The notes under the pieces are model-generated. The model was given only the letters and a program-made list of their open reading frames with translations. It searched no databases and was not told the origin of the DNA. This document shows, piece by piece, positions 26,942-39,828 of a stretch of 64,000 nucleotides of DNA. The translations under genes were made by a program, and so were the position numbers. Position 1 is the stretch's first letter; each line of letters starts with the position of its first letter. Where the stretch lies: contig OX597815.1 of assembly GCA_951406725.2 (NCBI GenBank), forward strand, positions 125,736,001-125,800,000, read 5' to 3'. Source of the DNA: Octopus vulgaris (lineage: Eukaryota).

Positions 26942-27809
26942 CTATACTATACGTTCACGTGGTTAACCCAATTTGATCCTGTCTGATTGAACATCCTACT
27001 TCATTGGACTTGCATCTTAACTACTTTCCAAACTATCAGTACTTCCCTTCATCCACATACCACTGGATCTTCGTACTCTTTTGGACTCTACCTTCATGGA
27101 TCACACTGGCTATTTTCATTGATATATACATACGCGAATACACACATACAATGACCGCTTTGGCATAACGATGATCTGCAATTGTATTTGAGCCGGGTTC
27201 GTAACTTTGATTTGATTTCTGTCTTTTTATCCAACTATTCACACAAACTACTAACCAGCTGGATGATGAATTCAACTTCTAATATATTTCCCAATTTACT
27301 AGAGCGAATACTGCTCACCACCTAAAGACAATTTCTATAATTACAAACAGTGATGCAGAAAATGCTAGCATTTGATATTTGATTGATTTTTAGTTGTTTC
27401 AAATAATTACTAAAAATTGATAACGTAGATGGAAGCCCAGCGTATATATTTTGTTATGTAACGTATTCAACGGTTCCCATATGACTCAAACTAAGTATAT
27501 CTCTACGAAAGCTAATTGCATTGTTTATCAGCTGATCAGCTATGTAAGTTGTGTAAATGATGCGAGTTATGTGAATAATTTAATAGTTTATGAGTTATGG
27601 AAGATTTTAGAGGAGATGGCAAATAGCGGTCGTAAAGTAACACTTATGGAAACGAATCGTTGTTAACCTTCAGACTGGTTGCTGCTTTTTGGAAGAATTC
27701 TCAACGTTTATGCTAGCTTTCATTCCTTATGTGTGTGTTTATGTGTGTGAGTGTGTGTGTGTAACTAAATATATATTTTGTGCCTGTATACATACATACA
27801 TACATACAT

Positions 27810-27840
<31 letters not shown>

Positions 27841-27999
27841 CACACATACATATATATGAGTGTTTGTGAGTGTGCTTGGATGTGTATAAGTTTATGTTTA
27901 TGAATGCATACGCTTATACATTTAATTAGATGAATACGTTGATACACGTTTCTGTGATGCATGCATACATGTATGTATGTATGTATGTATGTATGTATG

Positions 28000-28033
<34 letters not shown>

Positions 28034-28128
28034 TGTATGTATGTGTGCATGAGTGCATGTATATATATATATATATATATATACGAACCTGTCTACCTCG
28101 TTCTGTCTGTATATATATATATATATAT

Positions 28129-29340
28129 AAGAAGCTGTCTTACATTAACACAGGTTCCTGCCATCCAGCCATAGTGTTCAGGAGCCTGATTAAGGCCGTC
28201 AGCAGGAGAATCTCCAGCTTATCTTCAAGCAAAGAGATCTTTGATGTTGCCGCCCCTTACTACAACTAGACTCTGGCTGCCAGTGGTCGGTCAAGGATAG
28301 CATTAGTTACATGCCAGACCCTAATCCATAGGACTCAATGGACAACCGAGCGTGCGGGATTATGTGGCGGCAATGGAAGGCCTCATCAGAACCCGCTTTA
28401 ACTATCACAAGTCCTCCTTCAACATTCCGAAGAGACGTAACTCCACAACCCTAGTCAAGCACGTCCGTCTTTGAAAGAAAGCACAACAAAGTACAGCATA
28501 AAGTGGAAGATCCTGAAGAAATAGCAACAGGAAGTGCAGGTTATGCCTGGCTAAGAAGAGAGCAATTTTAAAGGGTACCCAACGCCCGGATGTTTACCTG
28601 AATAGCAGGAGTGAGTTGTTTAATCCTTGCCCACATGAAAAGAAGTACATTCTATCATACCTACACGCCTCACCATGACTGCAATCACAGGTCCCCGGCC
28701 TCGACCTTCCCCCAATGCCCTCGGACCCGGCAAAGAGTTTGACCAAAGCACACACCAATGCACCCATGTACACACACGCACACGCCTATAAGGCAGACAC
28801 ACCACAAAACAGATCTTCCACCCCTCCTCAACATATACCTCTTTCACACACATTGTAACCCTACACATATATAGACCCCCCCACACACATTGTACACCGC
28901 ATGCTAACATAACCCCACTACGATCTTATCTTTTACAGAAAGAAAACAGACCAACGAACACAGCTATATATACCTGTACCCCCAGAAAAATTATGCATAT
29001 GACACCACTACACGTATCACACACCCTATCCCCACAAACACTTCAAAATAAATCTTACCGGCCTCACAGCACACCGAACCAAGGGACATAGCTCGTAGCC
29101 TAATCTCCTGAACATTTTTCGTTTCATCACCTTTTTCACAGCAGCCGCTGACCGGGTGTGTTAATCCACCTCCCACAATAGAGAGCAGTCGCTATATTCC
29201 TTTGCACATTGGTTAACTCTGATGAACGCAAGGTTATATAATCGGATTGCTACCTAACACTCCAATGTATTCCGTGCGCGAAACCGATTAGTAAGATCAG
29301 CCGTGATATATAAAGAATACTATACATTTCGGATGATACA
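28129..29340 (+). mobile_element. Degraded, internally deleted Penelope-like element related to 29350-31232
   Basis: [46 protein letters not shown] aligns by eye with the intact ORF. Later fragments read TRFNYHKSSF, YSIKWKIL, CRLCL and LNSRSELFNPCPH, with stops and frameshifts. Begins at (TA)n; hammerhead-like motif near the 3' end. Confidence 0.85.
29211..29302 (+). ncRNA. Degenerate hammerhead-like motif at the 3' end of the degraded Penelope-like element
   Basis: CTGATGA at 29219, stem II CGCA/TGCG, GAAAC, GTA; stem I only partly paired. Confidence 0.5.
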
Positions 29341-29349
29341 TATATATAT

Positions 29350-30876
29350 GAACTAGGGATTATTAGCAAAGAAATTTTAGATAAAATAAATACGAAAATT
29401 AAGACCGATACCAGGCTAGTGCAATGGTCCAATAGTATAGAAGTCGTAGACTGGTTTAAAGCTATTAAGAATAAGAAAAAAGCGAGGTTTACACAATTCG
29501 ATATTGTTGATTTTTATGCCTCTATCTCTAAAGAACTGCTAGATAAAGCCCTAATCTTCGCTAGTGACTTCATAGAAATTAGTACCAATGATAAGGATAT
29601 AATCTTCCATGCTAGAAAGACATTACTTTTCAGTGAGAATGCAAAGTGGGTAAAAAACACCGACACGGAGGGCGCTTTCGATGTGAGCATGGGTTCATAT
29701 GATGGGGCAGGCATCTGTGATCTAATTGGACTCTTTCTCCTAGATACCTTCAGTAAGACATTCCCTAACGTACATTTCGCCATCTACAAAGATGATGCCC
29801 TCGCCTTAACAGCTAATACAAATGGACCAGCACAAGATCGTTTTAGGAAGGATATTATCCAGTTAATGAAACACTTCGGACTTAGTATAACTATAGACAC
29901 TAACCTGACGGTTGTCAATTTCTTAGACGTTTCCTTAGATCTTAATAATAATATTTATAAGCCTTATAGGAAGCCCAATGATAGACTAAGTTATATTAAT
30001 GTAGGTTCATGCCATCCCCCTATAGTATTCAAAAATTTAGTTAAAAATATTAGTAAGAGGATTTCTAGCCTCTCATCTAATGAGGACATCTTCAATAGCG
30101 TTGCCCCAGTTTATAATAAAGCTTTAAAAGATAGTGGTTTTAGCGAAAAAATAAAATATACACCTATCACCAGCCCAACAATAAGGAAAAGGAATAATAG
30201 AAATAGGAAGGTCATCTGGTTTACGCCCCCTTACTCACCCGAGGTGGCCTTCAATATAGGTAAATATTTCCTAGCACTGATAGATAGACATTTTCCAGTT
30301 AACCATGCTTATAGGAAACTCTTCAATAGACACAATTTAAAAATTAGTTTTAGTTCAACTACCAATTTTAAAAACATAATCAATCATAACATACAAAAAA
30401 CACAAGAAGAAAACAGCTGTTCATGCAGGAATAAAGAATTGTGCCCGCTAAATGGAGCTTGCATGTCCAAGACCATCATATATGAAGCTACCGTAAACTC
30501 TATAACCACTAAAGACACCGTTTTGACGAAGAAATACGTGGGCCTGACAGAGGGTAATTTCAAGGCCAGGTTCAATAACCACACTTTGAGCTTTAGGCAC
30601 TGGAACAAAAGAAAAGCGACACAATTATCCAATCATATTTGGTCTTTAAGAGATAAAGGTGTCGATTATAACATACAATGGAAGATTTTGGCCAGATGTA
30701 AGCCCTATACTAACGGCAGCGGAAGGTGCGGTTTATGCGACATGGAGAGATGGCTTATCTGGAAAAGCAGCTTAGACCCTACCACATGTCTAAATACAAG
30801 GACAGAACTTTTCGGATCATGCCCACATGTGACTAAATTTCTGTTACGTTTTTGGTCCCCTAAAGAAAACGGATAG
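29350..30876 (+). CDS. Penelope-like reverse transcriptase with C-terminal GIY-YIG endonuclease (N-terminally truncated, frame intact)
   Basis: Frame runs 23 codons upstream of the listed GTG (ELGIISKEILDKIN). RT motifs FDIVDFYASI, MGSYDGA, YKDD, NFLDV and YINVGSCHPP; Cys knuckle CSC-x5-C-x5-C; GIY-YIG equivalent IIYEATV...YVGLTEGNFKARFNNH; C-terminal CGLC and CPH. Confidence 0.92.
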   Translation, partial: ELGIISKEILDKINTKIKTDTRLVQWSNSIEVVDWFKAIKNKKKARFTQFDIVDFYASISKELLDKALIFASDFIEISTNDKDIIFHARKTLLFSENAKWVKNTDTEGAFDVSMGSYDGAGICDLIGLFLLDTFSKTFPNVHFAIYKDDALALTANTNGPAQDRFRKDIIQLMKHFGLSITIDTNLTVVNFLDVSLDLNNNIYKPYRKPNDRLSYINVGSCHPPIVFKNLVKNISKRISSLSSNEDIFNSVAPVYNKALKDSGFSEKIKYTPITSPTIRKRNNRNRKVIWFTPPYSPEVAFNIGKYFLALIDRHFPVNHAYRKLFNRHNLKISFSSTTNFKNIINHNIQKTQEENSCSCRNKELCPLNGACMSKTIIYEATVNSITTKDTVLTKKYVGLTEGNFKARFNNHTLSFRHWNKRKATQLSNHIWSLRDKGVDYNIQWKILARCKPYTNGSGRCGLCDMERWLIWKSSLDPTTCLNTRTELFGSCPHVTKFLLRFWSPKENG

Positions 30877-31070
30877 AACATGCTTTCTGTGTTATGTCCC
30901 AAGAAGATTTTATATATTTTTATATATTTTTATATATTTTTATGTATTTTTATATAATTTTTATGACGAAAAATGTGAGCGATGTATAAGTACGCAGGCA
31001 AAGCAGAGTTATAACAGAGTAATTTCCCTTCATTTTTAACGGTATTTTTTCATAACGTTTTCAAATAGCC

Positions 31071-31133
31071 AGATAACCGAAGAGATGGTGTTGTGGATTT
31101 CCACTTCGGCATTTGAAACTCAGAGTTTTATCT
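31071..31133 (+). ncRNA. Minimal type-I hammerhead-like motif in the 3' region of the Penelope-like element
   Basis: Stem I AGATAA/TTATCT; core CCGAAGA (one change from CUGANGA); GAAA; near-palindromic stem III ACTCAGAGT; cleavage triplet GUU. Stem II imperfect. Confidence 0.65.
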
Positions 31134-31229
31134 TGACTACCGAGTAATGTAACATATTGTATAGATAAATTTCCTCTATTTACATAATATTGAGGTCTCT
31201 TTCTTTCTTTTGTTATCTTACCGTTTTAT

Positions 31230-31264
<35 letters not shown>

Positions 31265-31274
31265 TTTATATATA

Positions 31275-31486
31275 ATCGCGTGACCGACCAGCATATCAGA
31301 TGTTGCTACACATCGGTGGTCACAATGCGCTTCGCATTGTTTTAGCCTTCAAATGACGCCACCCCACTGGCTACGATGCAGGCCAACAGAAGAAAGTGTG
31401 AGAGAAAGTGTTTTCGCTCAATAAACACTCACAACACCCGGTCTGGGAATCGAAACCGCTGCCCTAACCACTGGGTCATTGCGCCT
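31275..31486 (-). mobile_element. tRNA-derived SINE, internally deleted copy
   Basis: Minus strand GGCGCAATGACCCAGTGGTTAGGGCAGC-GGTTTCGATTCCC has A-box- and B-box-like segments. Confidence 0.7.
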
Positions 31487-31581
31487 CTCACACACACACA
31501 TACAAGTATATGTATATATATATATGTATGTATGTATGTATATATATATATGTATGTGTGTATGTATATGTATGTATCTAT

Positions 31582-31654
<73 letters not shown>

Positions 31655-32419
31655 TACTTATATGTATGCAAAGATGCATTTACCTATGTACACCTATGCA
31701 CGTATATATGCATGCTTGTGTAAACGTGTAGTTACATTCTTTCTATGTCTAATGGTACGGTTAAGTATGCAGTTACGAAATAAGATTAAAGGTCAATTTT
31801 TTAAAAAATCATTTGCTATAATCAAATATACTCATTTATGACGTATTTTTTTCTGGTACGCATGAACGACTTTTCAGGAAATAACAAGGTTGTTTGAATG
31901 CACGACGTTATACTATTTGCTGTTTGTTCTACTGATCAGTAATAACTAATGTCGATCTCAGAAGAAATTGAACTCTGAACTGAAGAGAAATTAAACTAAA
32001 TACTATAACAGGCTGTTATGAAACTGTTAAGAAAGATGCAGAAATCTTTACTGAGCTTCCTATTAACAATTTATATACAATTTATCATAAAAGCTCATTC
32101 TATTTCAGATACATTGACAGTGAAACTAATCTGTCACAGCGTGACACCAGCAGCTAAGATCATTACTGACAAAGCAAAACAGTTTAACAACGGCATAGAA
32201 GATAGTATAGGGGGAAGATGACGAGAAGGGTTCCTACAGGGTGAATACAGCAGACATAATTCCAATCAGGAAGCCGATTGGCACGATAATAACGTTTAGC
32301 GAAGCTAGAGCATATTGCTTTATTGTAAAGTTTGTACAACCACTAAAATGTTCTTAAGAAACAGTCTCCAGTATTTTCAAAATCTCCTAAAGATTTTATC
32401 CACCATTTGCTAATACAGT

Positions 32420-32472
<53 letters not shown>

Positions 32473-33039
32473 TGTATTATTTAAATATAAGAGATTCAAT
32501 TTTTCAAACGAACATTAGAAAGTTCATCACAGATGTGTTTCGTCTGTACACAGTATACCGCTGTTATTTCATTATATTTTCATTGAAATTGCTTTTCTGT
32601 CACGAAACCAAGTTAATACAACACCAAATAAGTATCTATCGTTCCTACATTAGAAGCGTTTATAAACAACGGCTACCGACAGAATTTGATGAATAATAAT
32701 AATTGTACTAACTTCAACCAAACACTCTTCAAAGTCTACTTGAGTGCAAATCTTACTGAGAATGTAAGAGAAACCATTGAGAGGAGAATTTCCACTATCG
32801 ATTAAGTTATGTAAATAAATAAATGATATCTATGCTCTCCCGCAAATTGCAATCATACTTACTAATATTAAAATGTTCTTGTTTTATATTTCTAGAAGAT
32901 GCATATAGAAATATGAATGATAACAAAATTCCTAAGATATTTATCATCCCCGCTCTCCACACTATTTCTCATTTTCGTCTCTGTATATATATATATGGTT
33001 ATTGTACACACATAAAAACAAACAATACACGCAGTTGCT

Positions 33040-33083
<44 letters not shown>

Positions 33084-33156
33084 GATATAAACACATAAAC
33101 ACATGTGTACTCTACGAGACTGCACGCATGTATGAATAGGTAGACACTCATATCTA

Positions 33157-34431
33157 TCAAGTCATCACATAAATTCTGTCCGAATTTTGAATAAAGAAAA
33201 CAAGTGATCAAATGTTATATTTAATTGAAATTTAAGCATCAATGTACTTTCCCTGATCATCTATGACTTCCTTCCATCTATTTACAAGCTTTTTATCCTA
33301 TCAATGTAAAACTCTTTTGGTTTCAAAGCGAAGAACTCTGAAATGTCAGTTTCGACCTCCTCCTGGCTTGAGAAAGTTATGTCCCCCAAATGATTCTGTA
33401 AACTACGAAACAAATGATAGTCTGAAGGAGCAAGGTCGGGAGAATAAGGTGGATGAGGATTTTTTTCCCAACCAAGCTCTTCGATCTTCTGTGATGTGAT
33501 CTTTACAGTGTGGGGTCGCACATTGTCCTGATGAAACATCACTCCTTTTCGATTCACTAAAGCGGGTCTTTTTTTATTCAAAGCATGGTTCAAACGCTCT
33601 ATTTGCTGAGCATAGATTGTTGCATTAGGTAGTAATAATTCAAAGTGAATTACTCCTTTGCAATCCCACCAGATAGAGAGAAGAACATTTTCCCTATGAA
33701 GTTCCCATCTCGGTTGTGGTTGGGCTTTTTCCCTTTTACCAAGCCACTCTTTACGACGCTTAACATTTCGATAGAAGATCCACTTTTCGCCACCAGTCAC
33801 AAGTCTATCCAAAAAGGGTTAAAGGAGTTCGCAAGAATGGAGAGAAGAGAAGATGTCAACTCGGGATTTGCGGTTGCTTTGAGACAATTCATGAGACACC
33901 TATTTTCCAAGTTTAGGAACTTTTCCAAGTTGTTGAAGATGACGATGAACAGCTTCTTAGTTTGAACTAAGCTTTATTGCCAACTCTTCAACTAATAATG
34001 CAGGATTTTCTTCAAGTAATGCGTCAAAGAGCTTATCATCAAACTCAACTTGACGTCCTGTTCGATCTTCCTCTTCAAGTCTGAAATCACGACTTCTGAA
34101 TTTTGCAAACCATCTTCTGCAAGTTCTTTCATTCAAGCATTCTTTCCCAAAAACTGAGTGTATGTTTCGAGTCGCTCCGGCTGCAGAGTTTCCTTTTTTG
34201 TACTCATAAAGCATTATGTGCCTCAAATACTTTTTGGATACTTCTATGTTAGAAGGGGTTTTAATCAAATAAATTTTAATTCTATTATTCTGTAAAATAA
34301 TATTTAATTAGTTTAAATGTACATAAATGCAAAAAAATAATTTTTAATTCCATTAGACATTCTAAAATACTATTAAATTTCATTCAATTTCAAAAAAGGT
34401 AAAATCGGACAAAACTTATGGGATGACCTAA
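33157..34431 (-). mobile_element. Full-length, inactive mariner DNA transposon (~1275 bp)
   Basis: Diverged ~30-bp TIRs (TCAAGTCATCACATAAATTCTGTCCGA vs TTAGGTCATCCCATAAGTTTTGTCCGA), each flanked by TA, enclosing a transposase pseudogene. Confidence 0.95.
33232..34250 (-). pseudogene. Mariner (DD34D-type) transposase pseudogene
   Basis: HTH region LRHIMLYEYKKG...RRWFAKF. First catalytic motif is TGGEKW (D to G); FHQDN and YSPDLAPSDYHLF are present. The frame is broken at least twice. Confidence 0.93.
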
Positions 34432-34449
34432 TATATGTATACATCCATG

Positions 34450-34483
<34 letters not shown>

Positions 34484-35177
34484 TGTATGTATGTATGTAT
34501 GTATGTATGTATGTATGTATGTGTGTGTGTGTGTGTGTGTGTGCAAGTGTGTGTGTATATATATATGTGTAAGTGTGTGTGTATACATATATATATACAT
34601 ATATACGTGATCTGATCGTGTGATCGTGTGCATATATATATATATGGAGGGTGGGGATAGATAAATACGTATATATGCGTGTGCATATGTTAGTGTATAC
34701 ATACTAGACAGCTACCACACACTCGCATACACACGTCAGTTCTACAAAATACAGAAACGGTATGAATACAAATTTTCATACACCTGTGTATATATACACA
34801 CACACCTATATACACACTCACACACACACATACACACACACACACACACATATATATATGTATATACATTGATGCAATAACTCACGCACGAACATATTAT
34901 ATAGATATAAAGTTATTAGTGAAATAAAAAAGTAAAAAATACACAAATATGAAAATAAAATCATAACTGTTAACTAGGGTACGTAGCTTCTCTTACCATC
35001 TGTACGATTCTCATTGTTTTTCATTGCTCATCCTTGTTGTTTATAAAGTTTCCCATATACGTACATAAAATACATACATACATATCTATACATATTCAGC
35101 GTTTAATCAAATGTTCAGATATGCGAAATATATATTCAGTGTAGAGTAAAAGTCTAAGATCCTGGAAGTTGTAGGAA

Positions 35178-35283
<106 letters not shown>

Positions 35284-35328
35284 TATATATACATATATAT
35301 ATGCACAGGATCTTCAGGTAACGATGTA

Positions 35329-35378
35329 ACTTGCCTGAAGATATTGTGTACCTGCAAGTGAAACTCAGAGTATTAAGT
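35329..35378 (+). ncRNA. Hammerhead-like motif in an ~85 bp island between microsatellites
   Basis: ACTTGC CTGAAGA ... GAAACTCAGAGTA TTAAGT. Stem III sequence is the same as in the 31071 motif; stem II is weak. Confidence 0.55.
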
Positions 35379-35386
35379 GTCTATGG

Positions 35387-35438
<52 letters not shown>

Positions 35439-35445
35439 CACACAC

Positions 35446-35481
<36 letters not shown>

Positions 35482-35725
35482 ATGTTAGTATACACATACA
35501 TACGTACATACATACGCACATAGCCATCTATCTATTTATCTATCTACTGTCCGTTTTCATGTCCTGAAAATTTTCTACCCAAGGTACTTTGAAATGCAGA
35601 CTCAAATATTTATATATGTCTTGTAATTTAATTTGAATGTAAAATGAAACAATTGTAGGCACTGTTGATGATTAATTAATTAATATATTTATTTGTATCC
35701 ATTGAATCTCTTCATTTTCAAACTT

Positions 35726-35774
<49 letters not shown>

Positions 35775-35907
35775 TATATATATTTGTATAATATATACAA
35801 TACATACACACATATATATATACATATATATTATACAGATATATCTGTATATATACTTACATATATATATTTATATATATATATATATACATATATACAT
35901 ATATATA

Positions 35908-35990
<83 letters not shown>

Positions 35991-36029
35991 TTTGTACTTA
36001 CTTTGATAGGTTTCGGCCATTATTGGCCT

Positions 36030-36895
36030 ACGCCATGTCTAATTTAATAGCACCACCCGGCAAAGTCTTTCAAATCAGGAATCGGACAACATGGCCCACT
36101 CAAGAAGAGAGTTATTGTTTACGGAGACATATCTTTAATGTGTTTTGGTATAATGGTAAAGAGAGCATTACGAATTGAGTTGATATAAATGTGCCGTATA
36201 ATTGTTGTGTGATGCGAGTATGATTTATATTGTGGGCAGATACCACGGGGTCCAAGTCTTGGGTGTATCTCAAAGACGATGCCAACATCATTCGGACAAT
36301 GCTAATGGAATATTTTCCACATCATGCAGATGATGTAGCGCTCATGGCGTCGTAGATGAGGTTAAAGCTAGAGCTTTTCTAGTCGACCCCAGTAGTCAAG
36401 GCCTGTCATACCATCTATCTTTGTTGTCATTGACTTTTGAGGTCCTTCAATTTTCATGATACTTTGTTTTGAGTGAGGAGGCTACAGTGGACAACAGTAT
36501 TCAAGGTGGGATCGGGCAAAAGTGGAGAAGAAGAGGAGAATGTTGTGGATATCTCTCGACTGGAAAGTTCTGAGAATCCAGGTGCACATTCGGCGGGTCA
36601 CGTCAACTTTGCTGTTTATATGAGCTGTCCAGCTTATGTCGTTGTCCACAATTAGTTCTAAGTCTCTGATGTTGTTAGATGTCATGAGAGTTTCATCTGA
36701 AGGAAGAGAGTATGGGAGTTTCAGGGTATCCACTTTTCCAAAATGGATTAACTCAAATTTGTCCTCATTCAGCAGCATATTATTCTTTTCCGCCCATTGA
36801 ATGACAGCCTGTAGATCTGACTGAAAGCATACCCGGTCATCCACTTCTGGATCTTGGAATCATATGCAAAGATTCTTGTGTTACTGTGCTTGTCT
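36030..36895 (-). mobile_element. CR1/L2-group LINE 3' fragment (RT C-terminus), disrupted
   Basis: IFAYDSKI (degenerate FADD), QSDLQAVIQWAEKNNMLLNEDKF, RDLELIVDNDISWTAHI, RSHLEYCCPL, LDYWGRLEKL. Confidence 0.85.
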
Positions 36896-37705
36896 ATAAT
36901 AATAATAGTAATAATCATATATATATATATGTGTGTGTGTGTGTATACGTACTTATAATTATGTATACATATAATCACACACAGACACACATATGTGTGT
37001 ATGTGCGTGAGTGCGTGCGTGTGTGTGTGTGCGTGCCTGCATGCGTGTGCACGCGTCTAAAGTCTGAAACAGGTAAAACATAAAAAATGGTAGTTGAATC
37101 TGAGTTTCTTGTTGCCAATCTTTGGGTGATCATGAAAAATAGATCATTCATTTTGCTGTTTTGTAATGGATATACATTGAAATTTTGAATATTAAAACAC
37201 ACAGTTTGGATACAATGGAGCAAACGGAGTTTATTGTGTGGTACTACACGCACATGTTGGTTGGCATTTTGCATAGAAAAGATAATTCAAACGGCATAGA
37301 AGACAAAATAATATATAACATCTACAAGAGAAAAATCTGAAAAATTATGTACGTAAGTGTGAAAACATAAAAATACAGAAATTGGTACTTGTTTATACAT
37401 AAAATTCCAAAATTGCGAAGGAAATATCTTAAGACTTTAAATTGTTTTGAAAATCTTTAAATTCTTTAAACACGTAGATGATTCAATCCATGCCGTTCTC
37501 AATTTTCCGAATATTTCTGGAATTATTCTTTTGGGGAGAAGTAAAGTGTTTATAAAATAGTATTCTGAAGCTTGCCTACAGCAACTTAACTTTGCAGTAC
37601 ATGTCTATTAAATTTTAGATGGTTGATAGGGAATTTGAAGCTTTGGCTTGCTTACCGTCATCAGACCGATAACGGTTTACGAATGCCATTGTGTGCTCGT
37701 GTGCA

Positions 37706-37738
<33 letters not shown>

Positions 37739-39693
37739 GTATGCGCGTGTGTATATACGTGCCTGTGTGTGCGTGTGTATGTGTGTGTGCGCGTATGTGA
37801 GTGTCTGCATGTGTGTTGGTGAAGCTATATTCAACACCTCAAAAGATACAGTTCATATAGCATTCTCTTATTCTTTTACTTGTTTCAACCTTTTGACTGC
37901 AGCCATGCTGGAGCACCGCCTTTAGTCGAACAAACATCCATAATCAAATATTGTTGGACTATTGTTGGACTAACTAATTAGCTTTTAATAGAAATACGAT
38001 AATCAAATAGGTACAAAAGCGAATATATTACATAAAGAAATGAAATAAATGTGCATGTGTATGTATTTGTGAATAAAGAATGTAATTAGTTCAAGTTGTG
38101 TGTGTGTGTGATTAAATAAATTTGAATGTGTTTCGACAATAGCAACGCAACCGGAAGTTAAAATCCCACATATTCCGCTGACAGCCAGAGGCGTCCATTT
38201 TTAAATGATGCTTCATGTCTACATAATTTAGCATTTGTGAAATTTTGATGAGCATTTATCTACCTTATAACAGTGAAATATAAACATATCTACAGCTGCC
38301 TTACCCAAAATGCAAATAAAAAATATAGTCAATAGATATATGTCACGTCTGACTAAAAGAATTAAAGAACATCGAGAAAAAATTTTCTATTGTCATTCAT
38401 TAAACGTTGATTCTTCATCAGTATGTCACTAATATTTGGTTATTAATTTTTATACATTTATAGAAATAAGCATCATGTCTTTAAGAAAATATATAGCAGA
38501 TTATTTTATGTATCAAATTCTTGTTCTAAAGGAAACAGATCACATTTTGTCTTCCGTTCTCCTTTTCGTACCTATCAATTATTCAATGAGAACCACACGA
38601 GCCTCTTTTTCATTTACCAACCATGAATTTACCGGATGGAGACACCGGGATTTGTCACATCACAACAGCAGGTTATGTGGCTGCAGTAACACTGACAAGG
38701 TTGATTATTACTGGACCGTTCTTCTAATGAACGACACAGTCACTATCATATCAAATCAAACATAATTTGATATGGTTTTTATAAAATGATCAGTCATAGT
38801 GATATGACATTTATCCATCATACAATTTATTCGGTAATATATTTCGTAATCTAGGTCAGCTTTATGAAATAAAGTTATTTAACATATTTATTGAGAATTC
38901 GATTATTCATCTCACCTATACATAGAGGCATACGGAAATACAAATATAGATATATACACGCGCACACTCGCACACACTTAGACGCACGCATGAGCCCACG
39001 TAATATCTAAACCCATACACATCCAGACACACACACAAACACATAGACATACGCAAACAGAAATACACACATGCATCCACACATATTTACACAAACGCAG
39101 ATGCACTAGAGAAATACTGAAGTAAACGCCTACGAGCACAAGCATACACACTTATGCGAGTAGTTCTGCATACACATGTGTACGTGTCTATATGTATATA
39201 TATCTAATACACAAAATAAAATAGATATTTGCTAATGTGTGTATCTGTGATTGTGTGTATGTGCGTGTGTATGTGTGCTTGCAAAATGACACTTAGACAG
39301 ACTGTGCACTCATATATTAAAACTGATGTGTGTCGACATACATAGAAGTACTAAAGGCTACATTAGGAAAATGATAACTGCATACAGACAAAACAACCTG
39401 CAGGTTGTCAGAGGGTGTATAATTTCACCATTTAATACCATCGTCTTTGTAGTGCTTAGAACATAACTAGTTCGATTTTACATAGAATGACGCTTCCAAA
39501 GCTAACCAATTGTTCACATTATCTTATAAACATTCTTATATACCTTCTTATATATCCATATATAATGCATAGCAGCTATCTGTACTCACGCATACACATA
39601 GAAACATGCAAAGAAACACATAGGTATATCCATCTTTTTGTCTCTCTCTCTCTCTTTCTCTTTATATGTGGGTATATGTGCATGTTTATGTAT

Positions 39694-39745
<52 letters not shown>

Positions 39746-39796
39746 GATGTGTGTGTATGTGTATATATACATTTATGCGTGTACATAGATATATGC

Positions 39797-39828
<32 letters not shown>

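Larger units (their letters stand above)
29350..31232 (+). mobile_element. Penelope-like retroelement (probably Naiad-type), 5'-truncated, flanked by TA repeats
   Basis: RT plus GIY-YIG ORF followed by a ~350 bp 3' region with a hammerhead-like motif. Starts directly after a short TATATATAT tract and ends in (TA)n. Confidence 0.9.

Noticed and set aside
29200-29222. Minus-strand RVNQC as candidate exon 2 (DINQC-like) of the receptor
   Set aside because: It lies in the Penelope-like 3' tail, hits a stop soon after, and lacks the surrounding motif.
33282-33812. Active transposase or a SETMAR-like domesticated gene
   Set aside because: First catalytic Asp is replaced by Gly, the frame is broken, there is no SET domain, and the TIRs have diverged.
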